Shown in pieces: positions 27,718-38,125 of a stretch of DNA of 64,000 nt. The notes beneath the pieces are model-generated. The model worked only from the letters and a program-made list of their open reading frames with translations, had not been told where the DNA came from and ran no database searches. The position numbers were made by a program, and so were the translations under genes. How positions within the stretch are numbered: the first letter of the stretch is position 1; every line of letters begins with the position of its first letter. Origin of the DNA: Nitrospirota bacterium (GTDB lineage Bacteria; Nitrospirota; Nitrospiria; Nitrospirales; Nitrospiraceae). Where the stretch lies: contig CAVPGK010000006.1 in the NCBI GenBank assembly GCA_963703955.1, positions 32,001 through 96,000 of the forward strand. Direction: 5' to 3'.

Positions 27718-28616
27718 TTAAAGGAGATCCGAGGTGATGAAATCGCGTAGTGCCCCGATGTAGTGGCCGAGTTTCCACTTCGCTGTGCCCAGTAAGTCAT
27801 GAATTTCGGGGTCATTGGGCTTAATTTTGCTCGCCTGCTGGAAATCCTCAAGGGCACCACGGTAGTCTCGAAGAGCCTGCCTTGCCTTCCCGCGTTGCAC
27901 GTACACCTCGGGGCCTCTTGCATTGCGCTCGATCGCCTGTGTGAAACACTCAACCGCCTCATGGTATCTTCCTAATCCTGCCATTACCCAACCACGAGGG
28001 AAATACGCCATACCCATATTAGGGTTGAGTCGGAGCGCTTCCGCCGAGTCTGCAAGAGCGCCTTCGTAGTCGCGTAAATCCACCTTCATGCTGGAACGAA
28101 GGAAGTAGGCATTAACCTCAGCCGGATTCAGGGCAATCGCCTTGATCAGATCATCAATCGCGGCATGTACACCGTCCGTATAGGACTTCGTTCCCATTGG
28201 ATGTGCGTAGGCCTCTTTGCATTTCGTCCCGGCACGCTTGACATACGCCTCTGCATGATTTGGATCCAGCGTGAGCGCTTGGGTGAAATCGGCGATTGCG
28301 CCGGGCAGGTCCCCCAACTGGTCTTTCACGACTCCACAAAAGTAAAAGGCAAAGAAAGAGTTGGGATCGATCTTGATGATCTCACCGAAATCCTTGAGTG
28401 CTCCGAGCGGGTCGCCCAAAGTGAATCGTGCCAGGCCTCGCTGAGCATAGGAATCCGGGTTGTCAGGCTTGAGCCTGATCGATATGGTGAGGTCCTCGAT
28501 GGCGCCTTTGAAGTTGCCCGGTAGATTATTGGCACAGCCATGAACAAAATGGCCTTCGGCATCATTTGGATTCAACGCGATTGCCTGAGCTGAGTCTTCA
28601 AGCGCCCCTCGGTAAT
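27718..28616 (-). pseudogene. TPR repeat protein, 5'-truncated by IS3
   Basis: Tandem TPRs (AIEDLTISIRLKP, ADFTQALTLDP). The frame continues upstream as NYRGALEDSAQAIALNP up to the IS3 end with no native start. Confidence 0.82.
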
Positions 28617-28631
28617 TGATCTTTCCCCGAT

Positions 28632-29507
28632 TTAGTGGACAGCCCGTATGACTTGCCCTGCCTGCCGTTCAAACTCCGCCGGGCTGAGATAGCCCAAGGT
28701 GGAATGCCGCCGCCGCCGATTATAGAACCCTTCCAGATACTCGAAGATCTCGGTCTTGGCCTCCTGCCGTGTCTGAAACCGTCGGTGATGGACCAGTTCG
28801 GTCTTCAGCGTGGCAAAGAAGCTTTCCACCACCGCATTGTCCCAACAATTGCCGGGGCGACTCATCGAGCCGTGAATCCCCAGGGCAGTCAGCCGTTGCT
28901 GGTAGGTGACGGCGGCATACTGACAGCCTCGGTCCGAATGATGGAGCAACCCTGACACGGCCGGACGCTGGTGCAGGGCCATCTCCAATGCCTGCATGGT
29001 CAGGGCCGTGGTCATCTGCGTCCCCATGGCCCATCCCACAATGCGCCGAGAATAAAGATCCAACAACACGGCGAGATACAGCCACCCCTCGCGGGTCGCA
29101 ATGTACGTGATGTCGCCCACCCATTTGTGATTCGGGCGCGTGGCCGTGAAGTTCCGCTGCAAGTCGTTGGCGGCCATCATCTCTGGAGGACACGGCCGTG
29201 GCCGCCGATAGTGGCGACGGCAGATACTCCGCAGACCGTGCAGCCGCATCAGCCGGGCCACGCGATGACGGCCGACGCGAATCCCTCGGGCCTGGAGTTC
29301 CCGATGCAGACGCGGACTCCCATACCGTCCTCGAAATTCCTGATAACATGCCCGCAGGTGTGCCCCCAGCCAGTGATTCGCTCGATCGCGCGCCCTCTCG
29401 GGGTGCCGACGCCAAGCATAGAACCCACTACGAGCGACGGCCATGACCCGACACAACATCTCGACGGGATACTGCGCCTTCTCCGCCTGAATGAAGCCAT
29501 ACCTCAT
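28632..29507 (-). CDS. IS3 transposase OrfB (DDE)
   Basis: YGSPRL, WVGDITY, DLYSRRIVGW, HSDRGCQY and DNAVVESFF motifs. Confidence 0.95.
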   Translation of the reverse strand: MRYGFIQAEKAQYPVEMLCRVMAVARSGFYAWRRHPERARDRANHWLGAHLRACYQEFRGRYGSPRLHRELQARGIRVGRHRVARLMRLHGLRSICRRHYRRPRPCPPEMMAANDLQRNFTATRPNHKWVGDITYIATREGWLYLAVLLDLYSRRIVGWAMGTQMTTALTMQALEMALHQRPAVSGLLHHSDRGCQYAAVTYQQRLTALGIHGSMSRPGNCWDNAVVESFFATLKTELVHHRRFQTRQEAKTEIFEYLEGFYNRRRRHSTLGYLSPAEFERQAGQVIRAVH

Positions 29508-29785
29508 GCCGACTCCTTGGCGAAGAAGGCTGCCGCCTTTTTTAGGATGTCCCGCTCCATGCGAAGCCGTTCAACTTCACGGCGTAACTGTTTGAGTTCC
29601 TCCGCCGCCTGAAATCCATTCGTCCCCGGCAGCGTGCTATTGGCCTCACGCTGCCATCGGCTCAACGTGGTTTGATTGATCCCCAGTTCCTTGGCCACCT
29701 GATTGGCACTCTGGCCACTGCGGCGCACCAGCGCGATGGCCTCCTGCTTGAACTCCGAACTAAATATTCGTCGGTCTCTCTTCAT
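29504..29785 (-). CDS. IS3 transposase OrfA (HTH)
   Basis: MKRDRRIFSSEFKQEAI...VAKELGI...LRMERDILKKAAAFFAKES; RBS AAGGAGG. Confidence 0.92.
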   Translation of the reverse strand: MKRDRRIFSSEFKQEAIALVRRSGQSANQVAKELGINQTTLSRWQREANSTLPGTNGFQAAEELKQLRREVERLRMERDILKKAAAFFAKESA

Positions 29786-29846
29786 CGGATACACCTCCTT
29801 CTTGGCATTATGCCTAAGAGGTGTCCACAAAATCAGGGGAGGTTCA

Positions 29847-30365
29847 AAACTGAGTTGCACCAAGGTGACCTCATGATGATTGGCCGCATGCGTGCTCACG
29901 GAAAGCGGCAACCCATGGCGATCCACAATCGCGAGGATCTTCACGCCTTTGCCACGGCGGGTCGGGCCGATACCGTCGCCGCCGCCCTTGGCCGCGGCGA
30001 ACGTGGCATCGATGAAGCTCTCGCGCTCGTCAAGCGCGCCTTCCTCGCGCCATGTATTGGCCAACTGCGTGAGAATCTCGCGCAGCACCTCGCGTTCGCA
30101 CCACTGCTGAAATCGGCGATGGACCGTTTTGTAATTGGGGTAGCACTGCGGCAGCATGTGCCACTGTGCGCCGGTGTTCAGAATCCACAGCACTGCCTCC
30201 AAGACGGCTCGCGCAGGCACCGGCTTGCGGCCGGGACGACTTTCCGGGATGTGTTCCTCGGGAAAATACTCCCGAATTCGTTCCCATTGGTCGTCGTGCA
30301 ATCGCAACATGCGGGCGCATTGTAGCAGGTGTGTTCATCAACACAACCATTTTGAGATAGGTTCT
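29847..30365 (-). mobile_element. Truncated IS5 family element (left end and transposase N-terminal half, 30310-29847)
   Basis: DQWERI, GRKP, LWILNTGAQW, TVHRRFQQW, IDATF, GKGVKI and VDRHGLPL motifs, cut by IS3. End-like GAACCTATCTCAAAA lies next to a CTAG. Confidence 0.85.
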
Positions 30366-30634
30366 AGTTTTCAAAAATTCCCTGCATGACCTTAACGTAG
30401 CACCGCCTCTGTACCTCACCTGTGCCTGACGACCACCCCGCAAGCAAAACAGGGGTGGCACCCCCGTCAGCGACTCACAGGTGTGATAGGTGTTATGTAG
30501 GTGTTAAAAAGAACGAGGAAAGGGAAGAAGAACCGAGGAAATGAAACAAACAGAAACGAAAGGAAGGTTTGCTAGGTTACGGTACGATAGAGGGGATGCC
30601 CCACATTTACATAGATTTAAGCATCCCCTCTTTT

Positions 30635-30676
30635 TCGCACCCAAGCGAGCGCGCTACCAGGCTGCGCTATGTCCCG
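30635..30676 (-). pseudogene. 5' half of tRNA-Pro(GGG), att-like fragment
   Basis: Minus strand CGGGACATAGCGCAGCCTGGTAGCGCGCTCGCTTGGGTGCGA matches the 5' half of the intact tRNA with 3 substitutions and 1 deletion, and shares the upstream CGAAGT. Confidence 0.85.
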
Positions 30677-30742
30677 ACTTCGACTCTTATGGTCGTTCGC
30701 GGTCTTGACAGTCAAAGGCCGTCCCATCTCTCTCAGATGCAT

Positions 30743-31096
30743 TCAACGGTCATACGATTCCATAATGCGTAAGATCGTGTGCAATTCGCCGCGTACTCGT
30801 TCGGCGACTTCCCGTGGACGAATCTGTCGAGCCGCACGTCGCCCGCGCCGCGCCCAGAACCTCTTGACTCCTGCGATGGTGTATCCCTCCTCGTAGAGCA
30901 TGCGTTTGATTTCAAGAACCTGTTCGACATCCCGTCTGACATAGAGTCGCTGATGTCCTCGACTCTTCCTCGGCTTCAAAAAGCTGAATTCCGATTCCCA
31001 AAAGCGCAACACATAAGCGGGAAGCTTCGTAATGGCGCTCACTTCGCCGATCTTATAGAACACCTTGTTGCCCAGTCTGGGCACAGCCGCCATCAC
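30743..31096 (-). CDS. MerR family HTH regulator (ihfA-linked)
   Basis: FYKIGEVS, YVLRFWESEF, QRLY and LYEEGYTIAGV; conserved ihfA-merR-tRNA-Pro context. Confidence 0.92.
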   Translation of the reverse strand: MMAAVPRLGNKVFYKIGEVSAITKLPAYVLRFWESEFSFLKPRKSRGHQRLYVRRDVEQVLEIKRMLYEEGYTIAGVKRFWARRGRRAARQIRPREVAERVRGELHTILRIMESYDR

Positions 31097-31139
31097 CGAT
31101 CCTCGTATCTATTTACTCGGTGACACCTGTTCGGCTAAC

Positions 31140-31412
31140 TTAATTGACGTATTTTTTGAAGACCTGACTCGGACGGAAGGTGACAACTCTGCGGGGAGTA
31201 ATCCCGATCTCCTGCCCGGTCCGTGGATTTCTTCCCTTCCGGGCTCCCTTGCTGCGGACCATGAAATTGCCGAATCCTGCGATCTTGACCGATTCTCCCT
31301 TTTGGAGAACCGACTTGAGCAGATTCAGGATTAGCTCCACGATATCCGCGGCCTCCTTTTTGGAGACGCCGACTTTCTCATAGATCTCATTGGCGATGTC
31401 AGCCTTTCGCAT
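31140..31412 (-). CDS. ihfA: Integration host factor subunit alpha
   Basis: VKIAGFGNF, RKGRNPRTG and RRVVTFRPSQ motifs. Confidence 0.9.
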   Translation of the reverse strand: MRKADIANEIYEKVGVSKKEAADIVELILNLLKSVLQKGESVKIAGFGNFMVRSKGARKGRNPRTGQEIGITPRRVVTFRPSQVFKKYVN

Positions 31413-31559
31413 GCCTGCCCCCTAGGTCAGCGCGTCACACACGTCTCTTCGATGGGTGATCAATGTTTGTGTATCGAAGGCGATGAAATTTCATCAAAGA
31501 TTATGTGAGGTTATCAGCCATGTCAAGGGAAATTCTTGGGAGAGAAGCCGCATGAGAGA

Positions 31560-33215
31560 TTAATGATCGTTCGGCAAAAGTTTGTATTCAATGCTGTCCG
31601 CCAACGCCTGCCAACTCGCCTCCATAATGTTCTCAGAAACGCCGACGGTTCCCCACTTTTTCTTATGATCCCCGGATTCCAATAATACCCGCACCTTGGA
31701 CGCCGTTCCATGGCTTGCGGCAAGGACACGAACCTTATAGTCCAAAAGGGTAACGTCCTTGAGCTGTGGGTAGAATTTTTCGAGCGCCTTTCGAAGGGCA
31801 TGATCCAGCGCGTTCACGGGCCCGGCTCCGACCGCCGCCGTGTGCTCGATCGCTTGGCCTACTTTAACCATGACCGTCGCCTCTGAAATCGGTGCCTCGT
31901 TTGCGTGTCGTTTTTCCACGATGACACGGAACCCCAAGAGTTCAAACGATGCTTGATGAAGGCCGACGGCTTTCCGCATCAGCAGTTCCAGCGAGCCTTC
32001 CGCGCCTTCAAACTGGTAGCCCTGGTTCTCCAAGTTCTTGAGCGTGTTCAGCAACTCTCGGAGCTTGGGATTTTGTTTGGACAGCTTGATCCCGTAGGTC
32101 TCGACTTTGCTTCGCAAGCCGCTCCGTCCCGTGTAATCCGAAACGAGCATACGCTGGCGATTCCCCACGAGGTCTGGGACGACATGTTCGTAGGTCGCCG
32201 GATTCTTTTGAACAGCATGGATGTGGATCCCGCCTTTATGAGCGAATGCGGCATCACCCACGTATGGTTGGTGCTTGTTCGGCATGAGGTTCGCGATTTC
32301 CGTCACAAAATTCGAGACCTCCCTCAGCCGACTCAACCGGCGATGACCCAGCAACGGCCGCTTCATTTTCAATTCCAGGTTCGGCAGAATTGAGCAGAGA
32401 TTCGCGTTTCCACACCGTTCGCCGATTCCGTTGATGGTCCCCTGGACCTGGAGAATGCCCGCTTCGATGGCGACCAGTGAGTTCGCGACCGCCATCTCCG
32501 TGTCATTATGGGCATGAATGCCCAGTGGTACCGGACACTCCCGCTTGACCGCCACACACATATCTCGAATTTCCCACGGCATTGTCCCGCCATTGGTATC
32601 ACAAAGAATCACGCGCTCGGCGCCTGCCTGTACCGCGCGGCGGATCGTCTGGATGGCATAGTCGGAATTCGCTTTATAGCCGTCGAAGAAATGCTCGGCA
32701 TCGTAGAACACGCGACGGTTCTTGGACCGTAAATACGCGATTGAGTCGGCGATTAGCTCCAGGTTTCGGGCCAAGGAGATGCCTAACGCTTCGGTGACGT
32801 GGAGATTCCAGCTCTTGCCGAACAGCGTAATGATGCCGGTTTCCGCTGCAAGCAAGGCTTGGAGATTCGGATCTTTATGAACGGACTGATCGACTTTCCG
32901 CGTAGACCCAAACGCCACGATCGCCGCATGCTTGAGTGGAGTGCCTTTGATGATGCGAAAGAATTCAATGTCCTTTGGATTCGCTCCCGGCCATCCTCCC
33001 TCAATGTACTGCACACCCAGATCGTCAAGTTTTTGGGCGACACGGACTTTATCTTCGGCCGAAAAACTGACGTCTTCCGCCTGCGCGCCATCTCGCAGCG
33101 TCGTATCGTAGATTTCGAGCGAAGGCACGGGATGAGAGGCGAAGGGCTCTGGCTCAGCAGCGTTTTCTTGGCCAGCACCTCTAGGCCTCGCGCTTCTTTT
33201 TGCCTTGTTGTTCAC
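31560..33215 (-). CDS. cimA: Citramalate synthase
   Basis: [44 protein letters not shown] and GPVNALD motifs. Confidence 0.92.
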   Translation of the reverse strand: MNNKAKRSARPRGAGQENAAEPEPFASHPVPSLEIYDTTLRDGAQAEDVSFSAEDKVRVAQKLDDLGVQYIEGGWPGANPKDIEFFRIIKGTPLKHAAIVAFGSTRKVDQSVHKDPNLQALLAAETGIITLFGKSWNLHVTEALGISLARNLELIADSIAYLRSKNRRVFYDAEHFFDGYKANSDYAIQTIRRAVQAGAERVILCDTNGGTMPWEIRDMCVAVKRECPVPLGIHAHNDTEMAVANSLVAIEAGILQVQGTINGIGERCGNANLCSILPNLELKMKRPLLGHRRLSRLREVSNFVTEIANLMPNKHQPYVGDAAFAHKGGIHIHAVQKNPATYEHVVPDLVGNRQRMLVSDYTGRSGLRSKVETYGIKLSKQNPKLRELLNTLKNLENQGYQFEGAEGSLELLMRKAVGLHQASFELLGFRVIVEKRHANEAPISEATVMVKVGQAIEHTAAVGAGPVNALDHALRKALEKFYPQLKDVTLLDYKVRVLAASHGTASKVRVLLESGDHKKKWGTVGVSENIMEASWQALADSIEYKLLPNDH

Positions 33216-34438
33216 GATGTGGCCTCGTCCAAGCCGAATGCTGAATGAAGGGATCGCATCGCAAGCTCCAAATACTTCTCGTCTATCACGCAGGAGATCT
33301 TGATCTCTGACGTGCTGATCATCATGATGTTCACTCTTTCGCGCGAGAGGACCTCAAACATGCGAGCCGCCACGCCGGAATGTGACCGCATGCCAACACC
33401 GACCAAGGACACCTTGGCGATCGATTCCGTCACCGCCATTGACTTCGCGTCGATCTCTTTCGCCACCACCTGCACCAAGTCGACGGCTTTTCGAAGATCC
33501 GCTCGCGGAACCGTAAAGGAGATATCCGTGAGGGACGCCTGGCTCACGTTCTGAATGATCATATCGACGTTGATGGTCGCATCGGCCACTGGCCCGAATA
33601 TGCGTGCGGCAATCCCGGGCTTATCGGGAACCCCGATGATGGTCACTTTGGCCTGATTGCGGTCGCCGGTCACGCCTGATACGATAACCCGTTCCATATC
33701 CGTATCTTCTTTCGTCACGATTGTGCCCTGCCCTTCCTTGAAACTGGATTTCACTTCCAGCATCACGCCGTGCTTGGCGGCGAACTCCACCGAGCGACTT
33801 TGCAAGACCTTGGCGCCCAGGCTGGCCAGCTCCAGCATTTCCTCATACGCCACCTTGTTCAGACGGTGGGCAGAGGGAACGATGTTCGGATCGGCGGTGT
33901 ACACGCCATCGACATCTGTGAAAATGATACACCGATCCGCCTTGAGCGCCGCCGCCAGCGCGACTGCGGTCAGATCCGATCCCCCACGTCCCAGCGTCGT
34001 CACGTCAGAGCGCTCGTTGATCCCCTGAAATCCGGCGACGATCGGAATGATGCCTTCTGCCAGCGCTTCACGAATCCGGTCGGCCGTGACCCGTGCGATA
34101 CGCGCCTTGGTATGCGTCCCATCGGTGATAATCCCCACCTGACGACCGGTGAAGGATCTCGCATTGATACCTCGCCCCCGCAAGTCCATGGCGAGCAACG
34201 CGATCGTGACCCGCTCTCCCGTAGACAGCAACATGTCCATCTCCCGCTCATCGGGAAACGGTGTCACCTCGTGGGCCAGCCCAACCAGCCGGTCCGTCTC
34301 GCCGCTCATCGCAGAGAGTACCACGACCAGGTCGTGCCCGGCCATCCGGGCGTCGGCGACCCGCTCCGCCACGCGGTGAATGCGTTCTACATTCCCGACG
34401 GATGTGCCGCCGTATTTCTGAACGATCAAGCTCATCAT
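33212..34438 (-). CDS. lysC: Aspartate kinase
   Basis: [27 protein letters not shown] and two ACT domains. Confidence 0.96.
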   Translation of the reverse strand: MMSLIVQKYGGTSVGNVERIHRVAERVADARMAGHDLVVVLSAMSGETDRLVGLAHEVTPFPDEREMDMLLSTGERVTIALLAMDLRGRGINARSFTGRQVGIITDGTHTKARIARVTADRIREALAEGIIPIVAGFQGINERSDVTTLGRGGSDLTAVALAAALKADRCIIFTDVDGVYTADPNIVPSAHRLNKVAYEEMLELASLGAKVLQSRSVEFAAKHGVMLEVKSSFKEGQGTIVTKEDTDMERVIVSGVTGDRNQAKVTIIGVPDKPGIAARIFGPVADATINVDMIIQNVSQASLTDISFTVPRADLRKAVDLVQVVAKEIDAKSMAVTESIAKVSLVGVGMRSHSGVAARMFEVLSRERVNIMMISTSEIKISCVIDEKYLELAMRSLHSAFGLDEATS

Positions 34439-34441
34439 CCA

Positions 34442-35689
34442 TCAGCCACGAGACAGCAGACGCGTAATGAGTTTCGTCACGTCCCGTCCGCCCGACTTGG
34501 CCGCGACGGCATCGGGTTCACTGAACTCACGCGCCCCCGCTTTCTCCTTCCTGCTTGGCCCTTCCGTCATCGCGTACAGGATCGAAGAGGCGGTGCCAGG
34601 GGGAGTTCCCGGAGCCATTGGACGGTCGCACGCGAGAAGAAGACGATACGCACCCATGGCAGCCAGTCCCTCGACGACCGTGCCGACAATGGCCCGATCA
34701 AACTCCTCAACGATCCTGAGCTTGGCCTTCGGATCCGAATCCTGCGCGACGTCCGACGGCACCTGCGCATGCAGATAAACAAAGTCCTTTTTCTCAAGTT
34801 CCTGAAGGGCTAAGTGGCCGAGCGTTTGAAAATCGGTCCCGCCGACTCGCTGCAACGCGTCCCGATCCACCGCGCTCAGTCCCGCACAAATCCCGATCCC
34901 GCGATGGACATCGCTTGTCGAGACAAGCGACCCAGTAATCTGATATCGTTCGGTGAGACTTGTGAGCTGGGGCGCCCGTCCTTGCCCCCACAACCATATG
35001 CAATGGGCCGGCTTCAAACCAGCCTCTCGGCGCTGATCGTTGACGGGATGATCGCGGAGGATAATCAACGACGCATCCATCAACTTCCGCAGGATGTCCG
35101 ATCCATCGCCGCTCGGGAGACACTCGCCGATCGAACGACCGAGAATCTCGCTCGGATCAAGACAGACCGCCCGCACCTTTCCGCTGACCCAGACCATCAA
35201 ATGGCGATGGCCGGCGCCGGCATAGAACTGAATCGTCTCGGAACCGAGTTGCTCATTGATGGCGTCAATCAGTTCGCGCGCCTCTTCGTTGTCGAGTCCC
35301 CCTGCCGTAGAATCATCCATCATGATGGACGGCCCCAATTTCTTGATCTCTGCCGCGGCGCTTTTGTTCTTCGATGTCCCTGTTCGAAGCGTCACTAAGT
35401 TACATCGAAAGATCGCGTCGTGCTCTCCCATCAGAATTCCTAAGCCGGCGGCTTCGAACGGGGCTGGGCCGGGATATGACTTACGAGGATCGTAGCCCAA
35501 GAGCGACAATTCGGTCACATCACTGTTGGGAACCAAGCCGTCCGCTTGGATCGCAACGGTCCCCAACTCTCCATGGGCCGCAACCGCATCCATGTTCGGC
35601 GTGGCGGCCGCCTGGAGCGGCGTCTTCCCCCCCAATGTCTGGTGTGGAACATTCGCGATTCCGTCGCCATGAAGTAGGACGTATTTCAT
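34442..35689 (-). CDS. ApgM-like cofactor-independent phosphoglycerate mutase family protein (degenerate metal site)
   Basis: KYVLLHGDG, KTPLQAAATPNMD, SDV..LSLLGYDP, FRCNLVT and IWLWGQG; located in the hom-thrC-lysC operon. Confidence 0.85.
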   Translation of the reverse strand: MKYVLLHGDGIANVPHQTLGGKTPLQAAATPNMDAVAAHGELGTVAIQADGLVPNSDVTELSLLGYDPRKSYPGPAPFEAAGLGILMGEHDAIFRCNLVTLRTGTSKNKSAAAEIKKLGPSIMMDDSTAGGLDNEEARELIDAINEQLGSETIQFYAGAGHRHLMVWVSGKVRAVCLDPSEILGRSIGECLPSGDGSDILRKLMDASLIILRDHPVNDQRREAGLKPAHCIWLWGQGRAPQLTSLTERYQITGSLVSTSDVHRGIGICAGLSAVDRDALQRVGGTDFQTLGHLALQELEKKDFVYLHAQVPSDVAQDSDPKAKLRIVEEFDRAIVGTVVEGLAAMGAYRLLLACDRPMAPGTPPGTASSILYAMTEGPSRKEKAGAREFSEPDAVAAKSGGRDVTKLITRLLSRG

Positions 35690-35702
35690 CGCCTTGATCC
35701 CC

Positions 35703-36761
35703 TCACACCCTCAGGAGCCGCTCCACGTCATCACGGGTCGCCTTGACCGTCCGCGGCGGACGCGATACCCCGATCGCCGTGTCGGCATCCTTCAACCCGT
35801 GGCCCGTCAACGTACAGACCACGGTCTCTCCTTCCTTCAATATGCCGTTCCTCTGCATCTTGATCACCCCTGCGACCGAGGCCGCCGACGCCGGCTCGCA
35901 GAAGACCCCTTCCTCGGCGGCGACCAATCCATAAGCATGGAGAATCTCCTCGTCCGTCACCATATCGATCTTGCCGGTCGATTCCTCCACAACCCGAATG
36001 GCCGACTCCCAACTGGCCGGATTACCGATCCGGATCGCGGTGGCCACCGTCTGAGGATCTTCGACCACGCGACCGAGCACGATCGGAGCCGCACCGGCCG
36101 CTTGAAATCCGAACATCCTCGGCGCGTGCGCGATCTGGCCAGCGGCCCGGTATGTGGTGTACCCACGCCAATAGGCCGTAATGTTGCCCGCATTGCCGAC
36201 CGGCAAGACATGTACCGCCGGGGCGAAGCCAAGTTGGTCGCACACTTCCATCGCCGCAGTCTTCTGTCCTTCGATCCGAAACGGATTGATCGAGTTGACT
36301 AATTCGATGTTGTGCGTCGCCGACAGATCTTTGACAATGGTCAAGGCTTGATCGAAATTGCCTTCGATCTGGATGACGGTCGCTTGGTGCATCATCGCCT
36401 GGGACAACTTCCCCAGCGCGATCTTTCCAGCCGGGATCAGTACGTAGACCGCCATACCGGCTCGGGCGCCATAAGCCGCCGCGGAGGCCGAGGTGTTGCC
36501 GGTCGACGCGCAGATGACCGCCTGGGCTCCCGCCTCCAGAGCCTTCGAAATCGCCAGGGTCATCCCGCGGTCCTTAAAGGACCCGGTGGGATTCGCCCCT
36601 TCGAACTTCAGGTACAGTTCGACGCCGGGAGCAATCTTCCGCGCAAGGCCCGTGGCATGAATCAGCGGCGTATTCCCCTCGCCCAACGTGACGACAGGAG
36701 TCCGCTCCGTCACCGGAAGAAACTTACGGTACTCTTCAATCACCCCACGCCAGCGGATCAT
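35703..36761 (-). CDS. thrC: Threonine synthase
   Basis: [36 protein letters not shown] and EPASAA motifs. Confidence 0.96.
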   Translation of the reverse strand: MIRWRGVIEEYRKFLPVTERTPVVTLGEGNTPLIHATGLARKIAPGVELYLKFEGANPTGSFKDRGMTLAISKALEAGAQAVICASTGNTSASAAAYGARAGMAVYVLIPAGKIALGKLSQAMMHQATVIQIEGNFDQALTIVKDLSATHNIELVNSINPFRIEGQKTAAMEVCDQLGFAPAVHVLPVGNAGNITAYWRGYTTYRAAGQIAHAPRMFGFQAAGAAPIVLGRVVEDPQTVATAIRIGNPASWESAIRVVEESTGKIDMVTDEEILHAYGLVAAEEGVFCEPASAASVAGVIKMQRNGILKEGETVVCTLTGHGLKDADTAIGVSRPPRTVKATRDDVERLLRV

Positions 36762-36811
36762 GGGAAACACATCCCGTGGTGAGCGTAAGTGAAACAGCGG
36801 GGGCACATACG

Positions 36812-38125
36812 TTACTCGTCGTGCCCCTCGACGCGGATTAACGTGGTGGGCTCCGAAACGAATGCCATACGGTTGATATCCCGAAGTGCGGCCTGCACAT
36901 TCCGTTCAATCGCCGTATGGGTCATGATGACGACCGGCACCGTCTGACCCTCCTTGCGTCCCTTTTGCAGAACCGAGGAAATGCTGATGCCGTGCTGTCC
37001 CAACACACCGGAGATCTGCGAGAGCACACCTGGACGATCCACGACCATGAACCGCAAGTAATACAGCGACGCGATCTCCTCCATCGGACGGATTCTCAGC
37101 GGGCGACGCTGGTCGCGCTGAAACGAGGCGGGTGGGACCCTACCGGAGGCTCCGGTCAACAGATTTCTGGCGATGTCGATCACATCGCTTGCGACGGCGC
37201 TGCCGGTCGGGAGCGACCCGGCGCCCTGACCGTAGAGGACGATATCGCCCACCGCGTCGCCCACGAGTTGGATGGCGTTATAGACGCCTTCGACCTGCGC
37301 CACCGGAGAGTCGGATGGAATCATCGTCGGGTGCACCCTGGCTTCGATTTCGCTCTCCAAGAACTTCGCAATGCCAAGTAGTTTCACCGTGTAGCCAAAC
37401 TCCCGCGCATATGCAATATCGAGCGGGGTCAGATGAGTAATGCCCTCCGTGTAGATCTCTTTAAAATTGACCGGGGTCCCGTACGCCAGCGTGACCATGA
37501 TAGAGAGTTTGTGCGCGGAGTCGATACCGTCCACATCGAACGTCGGGTCCGCTTCGGCGTATCCGGCGCGCTGCGCCTCTGCGAGCACCTCTGCGAACCC
37601 ATGTCCCTCCCTCGTCATGCGACTGAGGATATAGTTAGAGGTCCCGTTGATGATGCCGTACATGGAGCGGATGGCATTCGCCGCGAGCCCCTGCGCAAGG
37701 GCGCGGATGATCGGAATGCCGCCCCCGACGCTGGCCTCGAATCCCAGATCGACATGATGGCGCGAGGCCGCCTCGAAAAGTTCTTCCCCATGAACCGCCA
37801 GGAGCGCCTTGTTGGCGGTTACCACCTGCTTGCCCTTCGCCATCGCCTCCAGAATGACCTGTTTAGCCGCGTCGTACCCGCCCATCAACTCCAACACGAT
37901 ATCGATCGAGGGATCATCCAGTACCGCCCGCAGGTCAGCGGTCAGCACGCCGTTAGGCAACCGAACACCACGGTCCCGTTTCGTGTCCAAGTCGGCCACC
38001 CGAACCAGGTTCACGGGAACACCGACCCGGCGCCTGATGAGCGCGGCGTTCTCGATTAGGACCTTGGCCACTCCTGTCCCCACCGTTCCGAACCCGATGA
38101 GGCCGACTGACACCGAAGATTTCAT
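36812..38125 (-). CDS. hom: Homoserine dehydrogenase
   Basis: [29 protein letters not shown] and a C-terminal ACT domain. Confidence 0.97.
   Translation of the reverse strand: MKSSVSVGLIGFGTVGTGVAKVLIENAALIRRRVGVPVNLVRVADLDTKRDRGVRLPNGVLTADLRAVLDDPSIDIVLELMGGYDAAKQVILEAMAKGKQVVTANKALLAVHGEELFEAASRHHVDLGFEASVGGGIPIIRALAQGLAANAIRSMYGIINGTSNYILSRMTREGHGFAEVLAEAQRAGYAEADPTFDVDGIDSAHKLSIMVTLAYGTPVNFKEIYTEGITHLTPLDIAYAREFGYTVKLLGIAKFLESEIEARVHPTMIPSDSPVAQVEGVYNAIQLVGDAVGDIVLYGQGAGSLPTGSAVASDVIDIARNLLTGASGRVPPASFQRDQRRPLRIRPMEEIASLYYLRFMVVDRPGVLSQISGVLGQHGISISSVLQKGRKEGQTVPVVIMTHTAIERNVQAALRDINRMAFVSEPTTLIRVEGHDE

Larger units (their letters stand above)
28617..29846 (-). mobile_element. IS3 family insertion sequence (1230 bp)
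   Basis: TG...CA ends with imperfect IRs TGATCTTTCCCCGATTTAGTGGACA and TGAACCTCCCCTGATTTTGTGGACA; orfA and orfB; AAAAAAG slippery site at 29543-29537. Confidence 0.94.
24817..30634. mobile_element. Degraded genomic island at tRNA-Pro (no integrase left)
   Basis: Bounded by the intact tRNA-Pro and a directly repeated 5' tRNA fragment. It interrupts merR-tRNA-surE and carries IS elements and truncated cargo. Confidence 0.72.

Noticed and set aside
29504..30310. 268 aa ORF as a single novel transposase
   Set aside because: It is a chance in-frame fusion of a truncated IS5 transposase, the IS3 left IR and IS3 orfA, which has its own RBS and ATG at 29785.
33770..34813. Long antisense ORFs (also 50789-51658, 54972-56063, 2480-3241, 58560-59300)
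   Set aside because: These are shadow frames opposite well-supported genes in GC-rich DNA, with no motifs.
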